Positions 9,898-19,185 of a stretch of 64,000 bases of DNA are shown here, one piece after another. The notes below the pieces were generated by a model. That model ran no database searches. It was not told the DNA's origin and worked only from the letters and a program-made list of their open reading frames with translations. A program made the translations under genes and the position numbers. Location: NCBI GenBank assembly GCA_963836755.1, contig CAWIKF010000002.1, positions 32,001 through 96,000 on the forward strand, in the 5' to 3' direction. Each line of letters begins with the position of its first letter. The first letter of the stretch is position 1. This stretch comes from an uncultured Verrucomicrobiae bacterium. GTDB taxonomy: Bacteria; Verrucomicrobiota; Verrucomicrobiia; Chthoniobacterales; Chthoniobacteraceae.

Positions 9898-11601
9898 CTA
9901 TTGCCCCGGCTGTTCGTCCTTTTTCTTTCCGTCGCCTGTCGGGTTCCGCGATTCATTCCTTCCCGAAACAGCTCCCTGTCTCGGCGCGATGGCCGGTTGA
10001 TTCTGCGGCTCGCGAATGTGCTCCACAGACTTTGACGGTGCCTCGACCGGCTCGATCCTGCGTTCGCGGCCATTATTTGGGATTGTCACCTGGCGCTGAG
10101 CGTTTCGCTCTGCGTGGCCCTGATAATTCGGCTGTTCCGGCGCCGTCAAAGTTTGCTGCACGTTTTCGTGCTTCGGCTGGATGTCGCGCGGAATTGCGGT
10201 TTGAGTCGGCGCCGCGTTGAAAGGCTGCGTTTCGGGAGCGGTCCTCAGTTTTTCTCTCGAATGCGGCTCAGTCGGGGTCGCCGGAATCGCCTGCTGGCTG
10301 CTCACATTTGCTGGGAATTTTTCGTGCTTCGGCTGGATGTCGCGTGGAATTACAGTTTGAGTCGGCGCTGCGTTGAAAGGCTGTGTTTCAGGAGCTGCCC
10401 TGACCTTTTCTTTTAAATGCGGCTGCGAGATCGTCTGCTGGCTGCTCACATCTGCTGGGACTTTTTCTTGCTGATGGTTGCCTTGACGGACGTTTGTGGT
10501 GTTCGCAGGCGCCATGCTTTCCGGAGACGCGACATTGGGCGAAGTCGTCGTGACACCGCGATCATTTCTTCCATGCTTGCCGCTTTGCGCATTCGTCGGA
10601 ACAGACGTCGCCGCCGCAGAACTCGCCTGGATTCTTTGATCTACTGCTTTCAAATCCTCCGGAGCCACGGCGCGTGCAGGTGTGTTTTCATGGCCGCTCG
10701 CCTGCTGCTTGATCTTGGTCTGAAGCTGCGTCTTCAACGCGGGATCTTTCACGCCCATCCACCCGTGATCGACGTGCGGGGCGCTGATGCTACGTGCAGG
10801 CTTGGGCAGCTTCGTATTCGGACTAGCTGGAGTAACTTCCGGCGCGAGCACGACGAGCTGATTCCCACTCTGGCGTGCGAGCGTCCGCGTTCCTGCCGAT
10901 TGCAGAGCAGCCGGATCCGTCTCGCGACGCAAATGCAGCACCTGCACCGGCCGCGCCGATCTCTGCTCCACGGTGCGGAACCGCGGGCCGCCGACATAGA
11001 TCGCGTTCGTGGTGTGGTTGATGGTGATGTTCGTGATGTTCACCGAGTTATCGATAATGGTGACATTGCGGCTTCGGGTGATGATTACGGGCCGAAGCGA
11101 GGGCGCGCCGAAGTTTCGATATTCGCAAAAACTATAGTAGGCCGGACCTATATCGTATTCAGCATCGACGCTGTCATTGAACCCGTAGTCTGGCCGGAAC
11201 CGTGCACGCGGCGGCAGCGGAGCCCAGCCGATATAATCATCGCTCGACCTCCACGAGACCCATGCCGGCGCCCACTCATAATCCGGAACCCAGCACCAAC
11301 CGATATCCTCGAGACGCATCCAGCGGCCATAGTGATAGGTAATGCCGCCAAAGTCCTCGTAGGAAACCCACGTCCAGCCTTCATCCGTGTAAGCCCAGTA
11401 ACCATCGGTATAGGGCGCCCAATCTTCATCCACGCCATTCGGATGCCAGCAATAGCCGTAGTCCGGGACATCGATCCACTCGCCGTAAGGCTGAAGGTTA
11501 TCGTAGAAAAAATCGAAGGAGACTCGCGCCTGGGCGCGCATAGCGCCGCAAAAAAACGCGCTCAAGACGACCAGGAGAACAAAGGGCTTAAAAGTTTTCA
11601 T
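9898..11601 (-). CDS. Secreted DUF6600-like protein with disordered, internally repeated C-terminus
   Basis: Signal peptide; FYDNLQPYGEW, WAPYTDGYW, HYGRW, WAPAWVSWR and IGWAPLPP motifs. Confidence 0.75.
   Translation of the reverse strand: MKTFKPFVLLVVLSAFFCGAMRAQARVSFDFFYDNLQPYGEWIDVPDYGYCWHPNGVDEDWAPYTDGYWAYTDEGWTWVSYEDFGGITYHYGRWMRLEDIGWCWVPDYEWAPAWVSWRSSDDYIGWAPLPPRARFRPDYGFNDSVDAEYDIGPAYYSFCEYRNFGAPSLRPVIITRSRNVTIIDNSVNITNITINHTTNAIYVGGPRFRTVEQRSARPVQVLHLRRETDPAALQSAGTRTLARQSGNQLVVLAPEVTPASPNTKLPKPARSISAPHVDHGWMGVKDPALKTQLQTKIKQQASGHENTPARAVAPEDLKAVDQRIQASSAAATSVPTNAQSGKHGRNDRGVTTTSPNVASPESMAPANTTNVRQGNHQQEKVPADVSSQQTISQPHLKEKVRAAPETQPFNAAPTQTVIPRDIQPKHEKFPANVSSQQAIPATPTEPHSREKLRTAPETQPFNAAPTQTAIPRDIQPKHENVQQTLTAPEQPNYQGHAERNAQRQVTIPNNGRERRIEPVEAPSKSVEHIREPQNQPAIAPRQGAVSGRNESRNPTGDGKKKDEQPGQ
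10163..10464 (-). repeat. Imperfect internal tandem duplication (~150 bp period)
   Basis: APETQPFNAAPTQT.IPRDIQPKHE occurs twice 156 bp apart; PA.VSSQQ occurs twice 144 bp apart. Confidence 0.85.
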
Positions 11602-11729
11602 AGTTTATCGGTAAAGCTTCAGACCGTTTTACACGAATTTCCATTCACTAAAACTGTCGCCATCTCAGATATCGTAGCGAGCGAATGAATCGGTTCGCTT
11701 TCGCTGCGGCGATTAATGCGCCGCCGGCA

Positions 11730-13826
11730 TCAAAGCGCAGGAGCCTGCTCCACAACACTTTTGCGCAATTCCTCAGCCCTTGCCATGGCGCGGCCAGATT
11801 CCGCAGTGCGATCCAGCCTTTGGAGGATCGACGCCAGAGCCACATACTGCAAAGGTTGATTCGGATCGCGCTGAACCGCCTCACTTTCATAGTGAAAGGC
11901 TTCTTCTGGATGATTGAGAGCCATGTGGATCATCGCCATCTTATGCAGAGGCTCGACGCCGTGAATGTCCAGCCGACTGGCATCTTGGAAGGTAGAAAGC
12001 GCCGCTTCATTTTGCCCCGCTGAAAGGTATAGGTTGCCCAGCATCATGTGCGCGTCGTAGTCCCACCAACCTTGATCCGTGTAGGACTTGACTATTTTTA
12101 AAGCCTCGTTCGTTCCACTTTTTTCTCGGACGATAGTCGTTTTGAAGCGAAGCAGATCCCACACGCCGGGATAGCGTTTGATTGCATCATCGAGGACACT
12201 CAAAGCTTCGTCGGAGTTTCCCGACTCATAGCGCAAGTGCGCGAAGTTTAGCGCAGCTTTCCACGTGTTGGGAAATGATTGGGCCAACTTATCGGCTTCG
12301 GCCTTGTCGTAACCCAGATATTGCTCAGCTTCGGCCTTCTTTCCTTCCCGTGCGAGAGTCAAGCCCAAGGCTATGCGCGCACTGGCATACTCGGGAAAGC
12401 GGGACAAGGTCTCGCGCAGGATTTTTTCGGAAGTAGAGTAGTCGCCGTTCTTCATCAATGCCGCAGCTAGATTCACATGAATCCGTGGTGTTCCACCGCC
12501 ATCGGCGATCGTCCTTGTCAGAAATGTTTCCAGGTGCGCCCAATCTTGCGCACGGCGGTTCGTGCGCGCGCCGAGTCCCACGGCCGCGCAACAAACTGCG
12601 ACTGCGCACCAAAGCTGCGCTCTTACCGGCAAAGCAACGACGCAGCCGGCCAGGAACAACAAAAAGCCAATGCTTGGCATATAGATCCAATGCTCAGCCG
12701 ACTGCGCATTCAACGGGAACAAATTTGAGATAGGCGCGAAGCCAATGAAAAACCAAACGGCGCCAAGGATGCGGATGCTTTGACCGGGAAGCTTCTTTGC
12801 ACAGAGCGTCGCAAAAGATGCGAGAGTCGCCGCACCGAGTAGCGATAAGTATTCGTAAGAAAAGTTCTCTGACCATGCGCTGCCACTGGAATAAGCACTT
12901 GGAAGATAGATGATGCGCTCCATGTGCAGCTTGTAGGGAAAGAACATCAGACCTGCATAGTCACCCAAAGCACGCAACATCAAGACCACCCGCAGCGATA
13001 ATGGTGCCGCATCTCCGCCCAAAGGCGCCGAACGATGTTCCGGCAAATGTCGCAGCCCCCAGTAGACGGCGACGACTAAAAGAACTGAACCAAGGGAGAG
13101 CAGTTTATTCTGCCAGGAGATTCGCTTTTCAAAGAGGCACGTATGAATCGCGAACAAGATGATCCAGACGATCGCGATTTCCTTCGAACAAAGTGCCGTC
13201 AGACAGAAAATAAGTCCCAAAGCCGCGCAGAAACTTTTACTCAATACCGACTTTCCGTTAAGAACTGAAAACCACATCAACCATGCAGCGAGCGCGAACA
13301 TACTCGCGAGGCTATCGGCACGTCCGGAGATGTAAGCGACCGCGGCATTATGAATGGGATGGATCACCCATACCATCGCCACAAGAAACGAGATGACCTT
13401 CACGCGCGCTTCCATCTGCGCTGGCTCTGCCGCGTCCCGATCGAGCAGAGGTCTAAGCAATCGCTTTAAAACGAGATAGAGAAGGAATCCGCTCGCGGCG
13501 TGAAAGCAGACATTCGAAACATGATAGCCGAAAGAGTTCTGGTTCCAGATCCAGTAGTCGAACATGTAACTGATGTTCTGGACTGGCCGGTAATAGAGCG
13601 AAAATGAATCGAGGAAAAGATACCTGCGGAAAATTTCAAAAATGAAGATCGGGCTTTTGAAAAACGGATTGTCTCCGACCAAATAGGCATCATCCCAGAT
13701 GAATTCGCCGCTCAAAGCCGGCGCGTAGGCCGCAAACGCCGCGACCAACAATGCCACGGCGCAAAAGAACTTTTGCGCGGTTAGTTTGGAAAACTGAAAG
13801 CAGAGAAAATTCATTGCAGCGCGCAT
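11730..13826 (-). CDS. TMTC-like GT-C membrane glycosyltransferase with C-terminal TPRs
   Basis: FIWDD, YYRP, YHVSNVCFH, HPIHNAAVAYISGRAD, SKE and AEHWIYMPSIG match the TMTC1-4 motif series; TPR helices follow. Confidence 0.8.
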   Translation of the reverse strand: MRAAMNFLCFQFSKLTAQKFFCAVALLVAAFAAYAPALSGEFIWDDAYLVGDNPFFKSPIFIFEIFRRYLFLDSFSLYYRPVQNISYMFDYWIWNQNSFGYHVSNVCFHAASGFLLYLVLKRLLRPLLDRDAAEPAQMEARVKVISFLVAMVWVIHPIHNAAVAYISGRADSLASMFALAAWLMWFSVLNGKSVLSKSFCAALGLIFCLTALCSKEIAIVWIILFAIHTCLFEKRISWQNKLLSLGSVLLVVAVYWGLRHLPEHRSAPLGGDAAPLSLRVVLMLRALGDYAGLMFFPYKLHMERIIYLPSAYSSGSAWSENFSYEYLSLLGAATLASFATLCAKKLPGQSIRILGAVWFFIGFAPISNLFPLNAQSAEHWIYMPSIGFLLFLAGCVVALPVRAQLWCAVAVCCAAVGLGARTNRRAQDWAHLETFLTRTIADGGGTPRIHVNLAAALMKNGDYSTSEKILRETLSRFPEYASARIALGLTLAREGKKAEAEQYLGYDKAEADKLAQSFPNTWKAALNFAHLRYESGNSDEALSVLDDAIKRYPGVWDLLRFKTTIVREKSGTNEALKIVKSYTDQGWWDYDAHMMLGNLYLSAGQNEAALSTFQDASRLDIHGVEPLHKMAMIHMALNHPEEAFHYESEAVQRDPNQPLQYVALASILQRLDRTAESGRAMARAEELRKSVVEQAPAL

Positions 13827-13864
13827 TGATTAAGCGAGTTCCATGCCTCGCCTCCGCGTTTCTC

Positions 13865-13923
13865 AAAAAAAACTCAAGCATCCAGTTGCCCGCCTCGGAT
13901 TCCCGAGTGGGCAACTGGATGCT
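13865..13923 (-). terminator. Strong intrinsic terminator downstream of the pilin gene
   Basis: AGCATCCAGTTGCCC...GGGCAACTGGATGCT stem (13877-13923), then TGAG and T8 on the minus strand. Confidence 0.8.
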
Positions 13924-13946
13924 GTTTAGGTGATTGACCGGACGGC

Positions 13947-14345
13947 TTAGTTGTAAGGCGACCAGAACGCGGCGGGCGCCACGTCGGACAAGTTGTTGAA
14001 GGTGCTCGTAGGCACTTTCGGCAAGCTGTCGACCGTGAAGGTGCCGAAGCTGTTGCCGAACATGTCGGTGCCCGTGGTATAGAGCGTCGTGCCGGCTTTG
14101 ATGTAGTTCTTGAGATCCGCAAACGTCGGGTTAGACCCGCTCAGCTTGTTGTTCTCAATCGCGTATTGATCGACGGCCGAATCAATGATTCGAAGATCTT
14201 CGAGCACGCGTGTTGCCTGTGAGCGCTTGCGTGCACGCAGGAAGTTTGGCACGGCGATTGCCGCCAGAAGGGCGATAATCGCGACCACGATCATGATTTC
14301 CACGAGGGTAAAGCCCCCGCGACGGTTGTTTAGTTTTTGTAACAT
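13947..14345 (-). CDS. Type IV pilin (class III signal peptide), probable major pilin
   Basis: Short basic leader MLQKLNNRRGG followed by FTLVEIMIVVAIIALLAAIAVPNF with E5; 121-aa mature protein with no cysteines. Confidence 0.9.
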   Translation of the reverse strand: MLQKLNNRRGGFTLVEIMIVVAIIALLAAIAVPNFLRARKRSQATRVLEDLRIIDSAVDQYAIENNKLSGSNPTFADLKNYIKAGTTLYTTGTDMFGNSFGTFTVDSLPKVPTSTFNNLSDVAPAAFWSPYN

Positions 14346-14415
14346 CGTAATGTATTAGTTCGTTTGTTTTAGTATATGATTTGAAGTCCACTAACTGTGG
14401 CCTCGGCAGCTATTA

Positions 14416-14431
14416 AGCAGAGATGATGCCA
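14416..14431 (-). promoter_or_regulatory. Sigma-54 (-24/-12) promoter for the pilin gene
   Basis: Minus strand TGGCATCATCTCTGCT is GG-N10-GC, about 70 bp upstream of the pilin ATG; pilA genes are commonly sigma-54 dependent. Confidence 0.6.
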
Positions 14432-14494
14432 CGGACGTTCCTTTCGTCGTTTGCCTTTGCCTCTCGTCCGCGACTTGCTCATTCTGTCTCCGCT

Positions 14495-16324
14495 TTGAAA
14501 AATTCTCAGCTGAAGCTCTCGCCCGCTTTCTGGCTTTTCGTCCTCACACTGGCCGTGCGCCTTTGTGTGCTCGTGCGGCTTTCTCATTCGCCTTACTTTC
14601 TGCCGGAGGCTGGCGACATGAAGTTCTACCACGATTGGGCCCTGCGCATCTTACACGGCAAATGGAATGACGCTCATGCGTTTTATGGGCTGCCTGGCTA
14701 CGCTTACTTTTTAACTGCCATCTACAAATGCGTGGGCGTCGATCCTTTTGCGGTTGGATCTTTGCAAGCTATTGCGGAAGCCTTTACTTCGGTTTTGATC
14801 TGGAAGATCGCCTCAAACGTATTCAGCAAAAGCGAGACTCACGACGGCAGCAGCGCGTCCTTGATAGGAATTATCGCCGCCATAGGCTGGGCCCTCTTTC
14901 AACCTGCACAAACCTTTTCGATCATCCTGATGCCGACTTCGTGGATGATCCTAGCGTTCTGGTATTGTGTCTGGCGAATCCTCGTAATCAAGAAAGCCTC
15001 TTTGTGGCGTTTTTGCCTGGAGCTAGGGCTCATCATTGGCCTTGTCGCCAATGTCATCGCCACGATCCTGTTTCTGATTCCGCTCGTCATCGCCGCCATG
15101 TTCACGACGTTCGGCACGGAAACATCGTTGGGGCGGCGCGCCGGCAATATCGTTTGTAGTTCCATTGTATTGATAGCAGCTGTCTTCATCGGGACAGCGC
15201 CGTGCTGGTATCATAACTACTTTGTCGCGCATGAACCCGTGCTGCTCTCGGCGCACAGCGGCATCAATTTCTATATCGGCAACAATCCGATCGCCAACGG
15301 CTACCCGAAGATTCCGCCCGGCATGCGCGCCGGGCAGGAAGGGATGTTGAAAGACTCCATCACCATGGCCGAGCTCGCGATGGGGCATCCTTTGAAGCGC
15401 GTGGAAGTTTCACACTATTGGTCTGCGAAGGCCAGCGACTACATCCATCAACATCTCCGCGATTGGCTGATCCTGATGCTGTTAAAGTTCAAGAATTTCT
15501 GGAACGCCTACCAATACGATGACCTCAGCCTCGTCACCCTCTTTGCAAAGTCGGACATTCTTGTTCCCGGCTTGCGGTTTGGTTTGGTGGCGGCGTTTGG
15601 TCTGGCCGGAATGCTCCTGGCGATCATGCAAGTGCCTCGATCGAGATGGGTGGCAGGCGCGATTCTGCTTCACATGGCAGCACTGTTGCCGGTGTTTGTC
15701 ACGGAGCGCTATCGGATGGCAGCTGTCCCGGGCCTATTGATCATGATGGGATACGCTCTGTGCCAACTTTGGCGCGCGTTGCTGGATGAAAGGTGGCGGA
15801 TGGCGTTCGTAAACCTTTCACTGAGCGCCGCGACTACTTCCTTTGTCTCCTGGCCGCAATCCGATCCGGGACTATGGGCGCTCGACTTCTACAACACCGG
15901 AATTAAGGAAACAGATGCAGGTCATCTAGCCCAGGCGAGGAAGGACATTGCGCTCGCATTGGAGTATGTGCCTGACAACTCAGAGATTAATTTCGCCATG
16001 GGAAACCTTTGTCTCAAAGAAGGTTCGCGGACAAAGGCGAAGCAATTCTACCGCCGTGCGATTGAGATTAATCCGCGTCACAGCAGCGCTTACAATAACC
16101 TCGGCGTCCTTGCGATGCAGGAAAACTTTTGGGACGCGGCCATCTCCTTCTTTCAAAGTTCTCTTCAGATAGAACCGGATGATGCAAAGACGAATTATCT
16201 TTTGGCCAAGTCCTTGTTGGGCAAAGGTGATCGCGCCGCCGCACGAGACGCGCTTAACAAAGCTCTCGCGCTTCAACCAAACCAGAAAGAATTTCTCGAG
16301 CTCCGGAGCACATTGGAACCTTAG
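14495..16324 (+). CDS. ArnT/PMT-like GT-C membrane glycosyltransferase with C-terminal TPRs
   Basis: DMKFYHDWA, PGYAYFL, GINFYIGNNP and ERYR motifs, many TM segments and TPR repeats. Start is uncertain (ORF opens at 14423). Confidence 0.75.
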   Translation: MKNSQLKLSPAFWLFVLTLAVRLCVLVRLSHSPYFLPEAGDMKFYHDWALRILHGKWNDAHAFYGLPGYAYFLTAIYKCVGVDPFAVGSLQAIAEAFTSVLIWKIASNVFSKSETHDGSSASLIGIIAAIGWALFQPAQTFSIILMPTSWMILAFWYCVWRILVIKKASLWRFCLELGLIIGLVANVIATILFLIPLVIAAMFTTFGTETSLGRRAGNIVCSSIVLIAAVFIGTAPCWYHNYFVAHEPVLLSAHSGINFYIGNNPIANGYPKIPPGMRAGQEGMLKDSITMAELAMGHPLKRVEVSHYWSAKASDYIHQHLRDWLILMLLKFKNFWNAYQYDDLSLVTLFAKSDILVPGLRFGLVAAFGLAGMLLAIMQVPRSRWVAGAILLHMAALLPVFVTERYRMAAVPGLLIMMGYALCQLWRALLDERWRMAFVNLSLSAATTSFVSWPQSDPGLWALDFYNTGIKETDAGHLAQARKDIALALEYVPDNSEINFAMGNLCLKEGSRTKAKQFYRRAIEINPRHSSAYNNLGVLAMQENFWDAAISFFQSSLQIEPDDAKTNYLLAKSLLGKGDRAAARDALNKALALQPNQKEFLELRSTLEP

Positions 16325-16339
16325 TTCCCGCTGACACAG

Positions 16340-17545
16340 ATGAATCCAACTGCGCTTTCGAAGACTACTCTCGTATTGCTGGCTCTGATCTGTGCGTTTG
16401 GGGTTTTCATGCGGCTCCAACCAGCTTCTGGTGAGCCAGTGCTCGGATTTGATGAGAACCTTTACCGCAATTACGTCAACATTCTCGACGCTAAAGGCCT
16501 CGGTTGCTATCCGGAAATGTCGAAGGGCTACATCGATGCGCAAAAGGAGCTTCCGAGCGCAATCCTTCCGCCGACGCGCTTTTTCTACATCTGCTGCGGA
16601 TACATCTGGCATCTTATTTTTGGCAGCGACCCGTTGGTAGCTCTCGAAAAAATTTCTTCGCTCTTCACAATCCTGTCACTGTTATTGACCGCGACTTTTG
16701 CGTCGAGGCTTGCGGGTAAAGAATTCGCGCTCGGCGTGACCGCGCTCATGGCTTGCGCTCCGACGCAGATTCACATGGCGCAACACGCATTGATCGATGG
16801 GGTCTTTGCGTTCTGGGCTTTGCTTTGCGCTTGGGCGCTTTGGGAAAACTTTCGCGCTCCAAAACATGTGGGATGGCTGGTTCTTCTCGGCATTGCCTTA
16901 TGCGGATTGGTGTTGACGAAGGAGAACGCCGCATTTGTTTTCGCAGCTCTCGTTGTCGTGGTCGTCGCGAATCACTGGCTGAAGTTTGGGACGACTACTT
17001 TGCCGCTAATCCTTATGCTTTTTGGCGGCCCAGCTCTTGCCATGGCGATCTTGTTTGTCCTTGCTGGCGGACCGGCGCAATTCATCGAGATTTACAAGCT
17101 GCTCGTCGAAAAGGCTTATGCTTTGCCTTATGCGATCAAATTTTGTGACGGGCCGTGGTATCGCTATCTCGTCGATTTGCTGTTGGTTAGTCCCATTGTT
17201 CTCGCGCTCGCCGTCGGCGAGGTCTTCCAGTTGACCAAGGAAAAAAAGGCGGGGCTCTATCTGTTTACTTTTCTCGCGGGGAGCTATCTCTTCATGGCAA
17301 ACGTGAAGTATGGGTTCAACCTTCGCTATGCGAATATGTGGGATATGCCGCTAAGGTTCCTCGCCTTCTCGCAGCTCTCGACACTTAGCAGTCGCTTTGG
17401 GCGTTACCGCGTGACGAGTCTCGTCGTCCTCACGCTTTTGCTTTGTGTTTTCGAGTTGAACCAGTTCCGCATCTTCTTTGTGAACTACCGGCTTTACGAA
17501 CTTGTCAGCGAAGGTTTGTTGCGCGCGGTGAAGATCATCAAATGA
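16340..17545 (+). CDS. GT39/ArnT-like membrane glycosyltransferase
   Basis: GFDE in the first loop, LPP, LVLTKE, PWYRY and LRY motifs; polytopic membrane protein. Confidence 0.75.
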   Translation: MNPTALSKTTLVLLALICAFGVFMRLQPASGEPVLGFDENLYRNYVNILDAKGLGCYPEMSKGYIDAQKELPSAILPPTRFFYICCGYIWHLIFGSDPLVALEKISSLFTILSLLLTATFASRLAGKEFALGVTALMACAPTQIHMAQHALIDGVFAFWALLCAWALWENFRAPKHVGWLVLLGIALCGLVLTKENAAFVFAALVVVVVANHWLKFGTTTLPLILMLFGGPALAMAILFVLAGGPAQFIEIYKLLVEKAYALPYAIKFCDGPWYRYLVDLLLVSPIVLALAVGEVFQLTKEKKAGLYLFTFLAGSYLFMANVKYGFNLRYANMWDMPLRFLAFSQLSTLSSRFGRYRVTSLVVLTLLLCVFELNQFRIFFVNYRLYELVSEGLLRAVKIIK

Positions 17546-17562
17546 GTCGCCGCGCACTTCGC

Positions 17563-19056
17563 TTACTTCCGTAGCGCGTTGCTAGCCTCGATCGTTTCTT
17601 CCAGTAAATGGCTTACCGTCGGCGTGGCCCTCGCGCGCATAAAGATTTGGTAGCTCCACATGCCGGCGCTGACGCGAAGCAGAAGTTGGTTTAGCTTTAG
17701 CAACAATGTGCCGGCAAAGTTATCGCCGAGCGCTTTTGGGTAAGGTGCGGGAATCCCTTTGATTTCGAGCACTTGGTAGCCCGTTTGTTCGAAAAGTTCG
17801 CGCAGCGAGTTAAAGGTGAAGAGTCGCGTGTGCGTGCGGTCGAGGATTCCTTTGCGGCCGTAGTTAAATTGTCCCAAAAGCAGCATCAGCCGCGTGACGA
17901 AGAACCCGATGTTTGCCGTGGTGAGCACAATCTCCGGCCGTTTTCTCACCGTCGCCTGTCGGATGTTCTCCATGAAATTCTCCGGGTCCTTCAAATGTTC
18001 GATGACATCGAGGAGAAAGATCTGGTCGAACTGCGACGCGTCCACGGGTAGGTGTTTTGTTTCCAAATCCCAGCGGTGAAACTCCACGTTTGGCACCTCC
18101 GATTCCGGCGGGACGTATTGATCGATCGCCACGACGTGCGCGGCGCGTTTCGCCATCTCCTTCGCGACGAAACCTTGACCGCAACCGATGTCGAGAACCT
18201 TGGCGCCGGACGTGACGGCTTCAATCGCATACGTATGCGATGACGCGAAACCCAACTTTAGGTCATAGGTGTGCTCGACCGCGGCAACATCAAACTTCCG
18301 GTCATACAAAAGATTCCGCTGATGGAACTTTGCGCGCAGCATCGTGCGCACGATGTCCCACGCGTATCGCATTCCGTTCACATAGCAGATCTCGTCGCCG
18401 TAATAGGTCGGGATCGGCAGCTCCACGATCCGCAGTCCTTTCATCACGAGCTGGATGATGATCTCCGTGTCGAAGTGGAAATCGTTCGAGTTCCGCTCAA
18501 AAGGGATCTGCCGCAGCGCAGCGGTCGAGTAAACGCGGTAGCCGGAGTGAAACTCGGTGAGCGACGTGCGCAGCATGCGGTTTTGAAATCGCGTGAGCGT
18601 CTGATTGCCCAACCACTTGTAGATCGGCATGCCGCCCTTGAGCGCGTCGCCTTTTTCCATCATCCGGGAACCGAAAACCGCGTCCGCTTCGCCGCTCAAT
18701 AGCGGGCCGAGCAAAAACGGGAGCTTCTCGGGCGCGTATTGGCCGTCGCCGTGCAAGAGCGCGACGAACTCAAAACCGTTGTCGATGGCGTAGCGATAGC
18801 CGAGCTTCTGGTTTCCGCCGTAACCCTGGTTCTCCGTGGTGCGGAGGACGGTGAGTTTGATGTCGCCGGCGCTCTTTTCATACTCGAGGCCGCGCTGAAA
18901 GGTCGCATCCTTTGACGAATCATCGATGACCAGCACTTCAGCGTTTCCCGCGCGCAACTTTGACGGGATTCGGCTGAGCACGCTCTCGATCGTCGTCTCC
19001 GCATTGTATGCGACCACGAAAATGAGGATGCGTCTGCCGGCGAGATCGACTTCCAT
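17563..19056 (-). CDS. GT2 (DPM1-like) glycosyltransferase fused to a class I SAM methyltransferase
   Basis: N-terminal AYN, DDSSKD, NQGYGGNQK, HGDGQY, FHSGYR and FDTEII; C-terminal VLDIGCGQG, DVIEHL and DRTH. Confidence 0.9.
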   Translation of the reverse strand: MEVDLAGRRILIFVVAYNAETTIESVLSRIPSKLRAGNAEVLVIDDSSKDATFQRGLEYEKSAGDIKLTVLRTTENQGYGGNQKLGYRYAIDNGFEFVALLHGDGQYAPEKLPFLLGPLLSGEADAVFGSRMMEKGDALKGGMPIYKWLGNQTLTRFQNRMLRTSLTEFHSGYRVYSTAALRQIPFERNSNDFHFDTEIIIQLVMKGLRIVELPIPTYYGDEICYVNGMRYAWDIVRTMLRAKFHQRNLLYDRKFDVAAVEHTYDLKLGFASSHTYAIEAVTSGAKVLDIGCGQGFVAKEMAKRAAHVVAIDQYVPPESEVPNVEFHRWDLETKHLPVDASQFDQIFLLDVIEHLKDPENFMENIRQATVRKRPEIVLTTANIGFFVTRLMLLLGQFNYGRKGILDRTHTRLFTFNSLRELFEQTGYQVLEIKGIPAPYPKALGDNFAGTLLLKLNQLLLRVSAGMWSYQIFMRARATPTVSHLLEETIEASNALRK

Positions 19057-19185
19057 CTCGGTGCAGACTTAGCAGTTTGCCGGCCTCGCGCCGACAAAAT
19101 TCACCCCAGCGACGCCGGGATCAATCCGCAAGGATCGGCTCCGGTGCGTCGGGGCGAGGGGGATTGCGTTTTTCTTTCATGACTC

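Noticed and set aside
13947..14345. Conductive (e-)pilin, given 13 aromatic residues in the 121-aa mature pilin
   Set aside because: Aromatic density alone is weak and contested evidence, and no cytochrome genes lie nearby.
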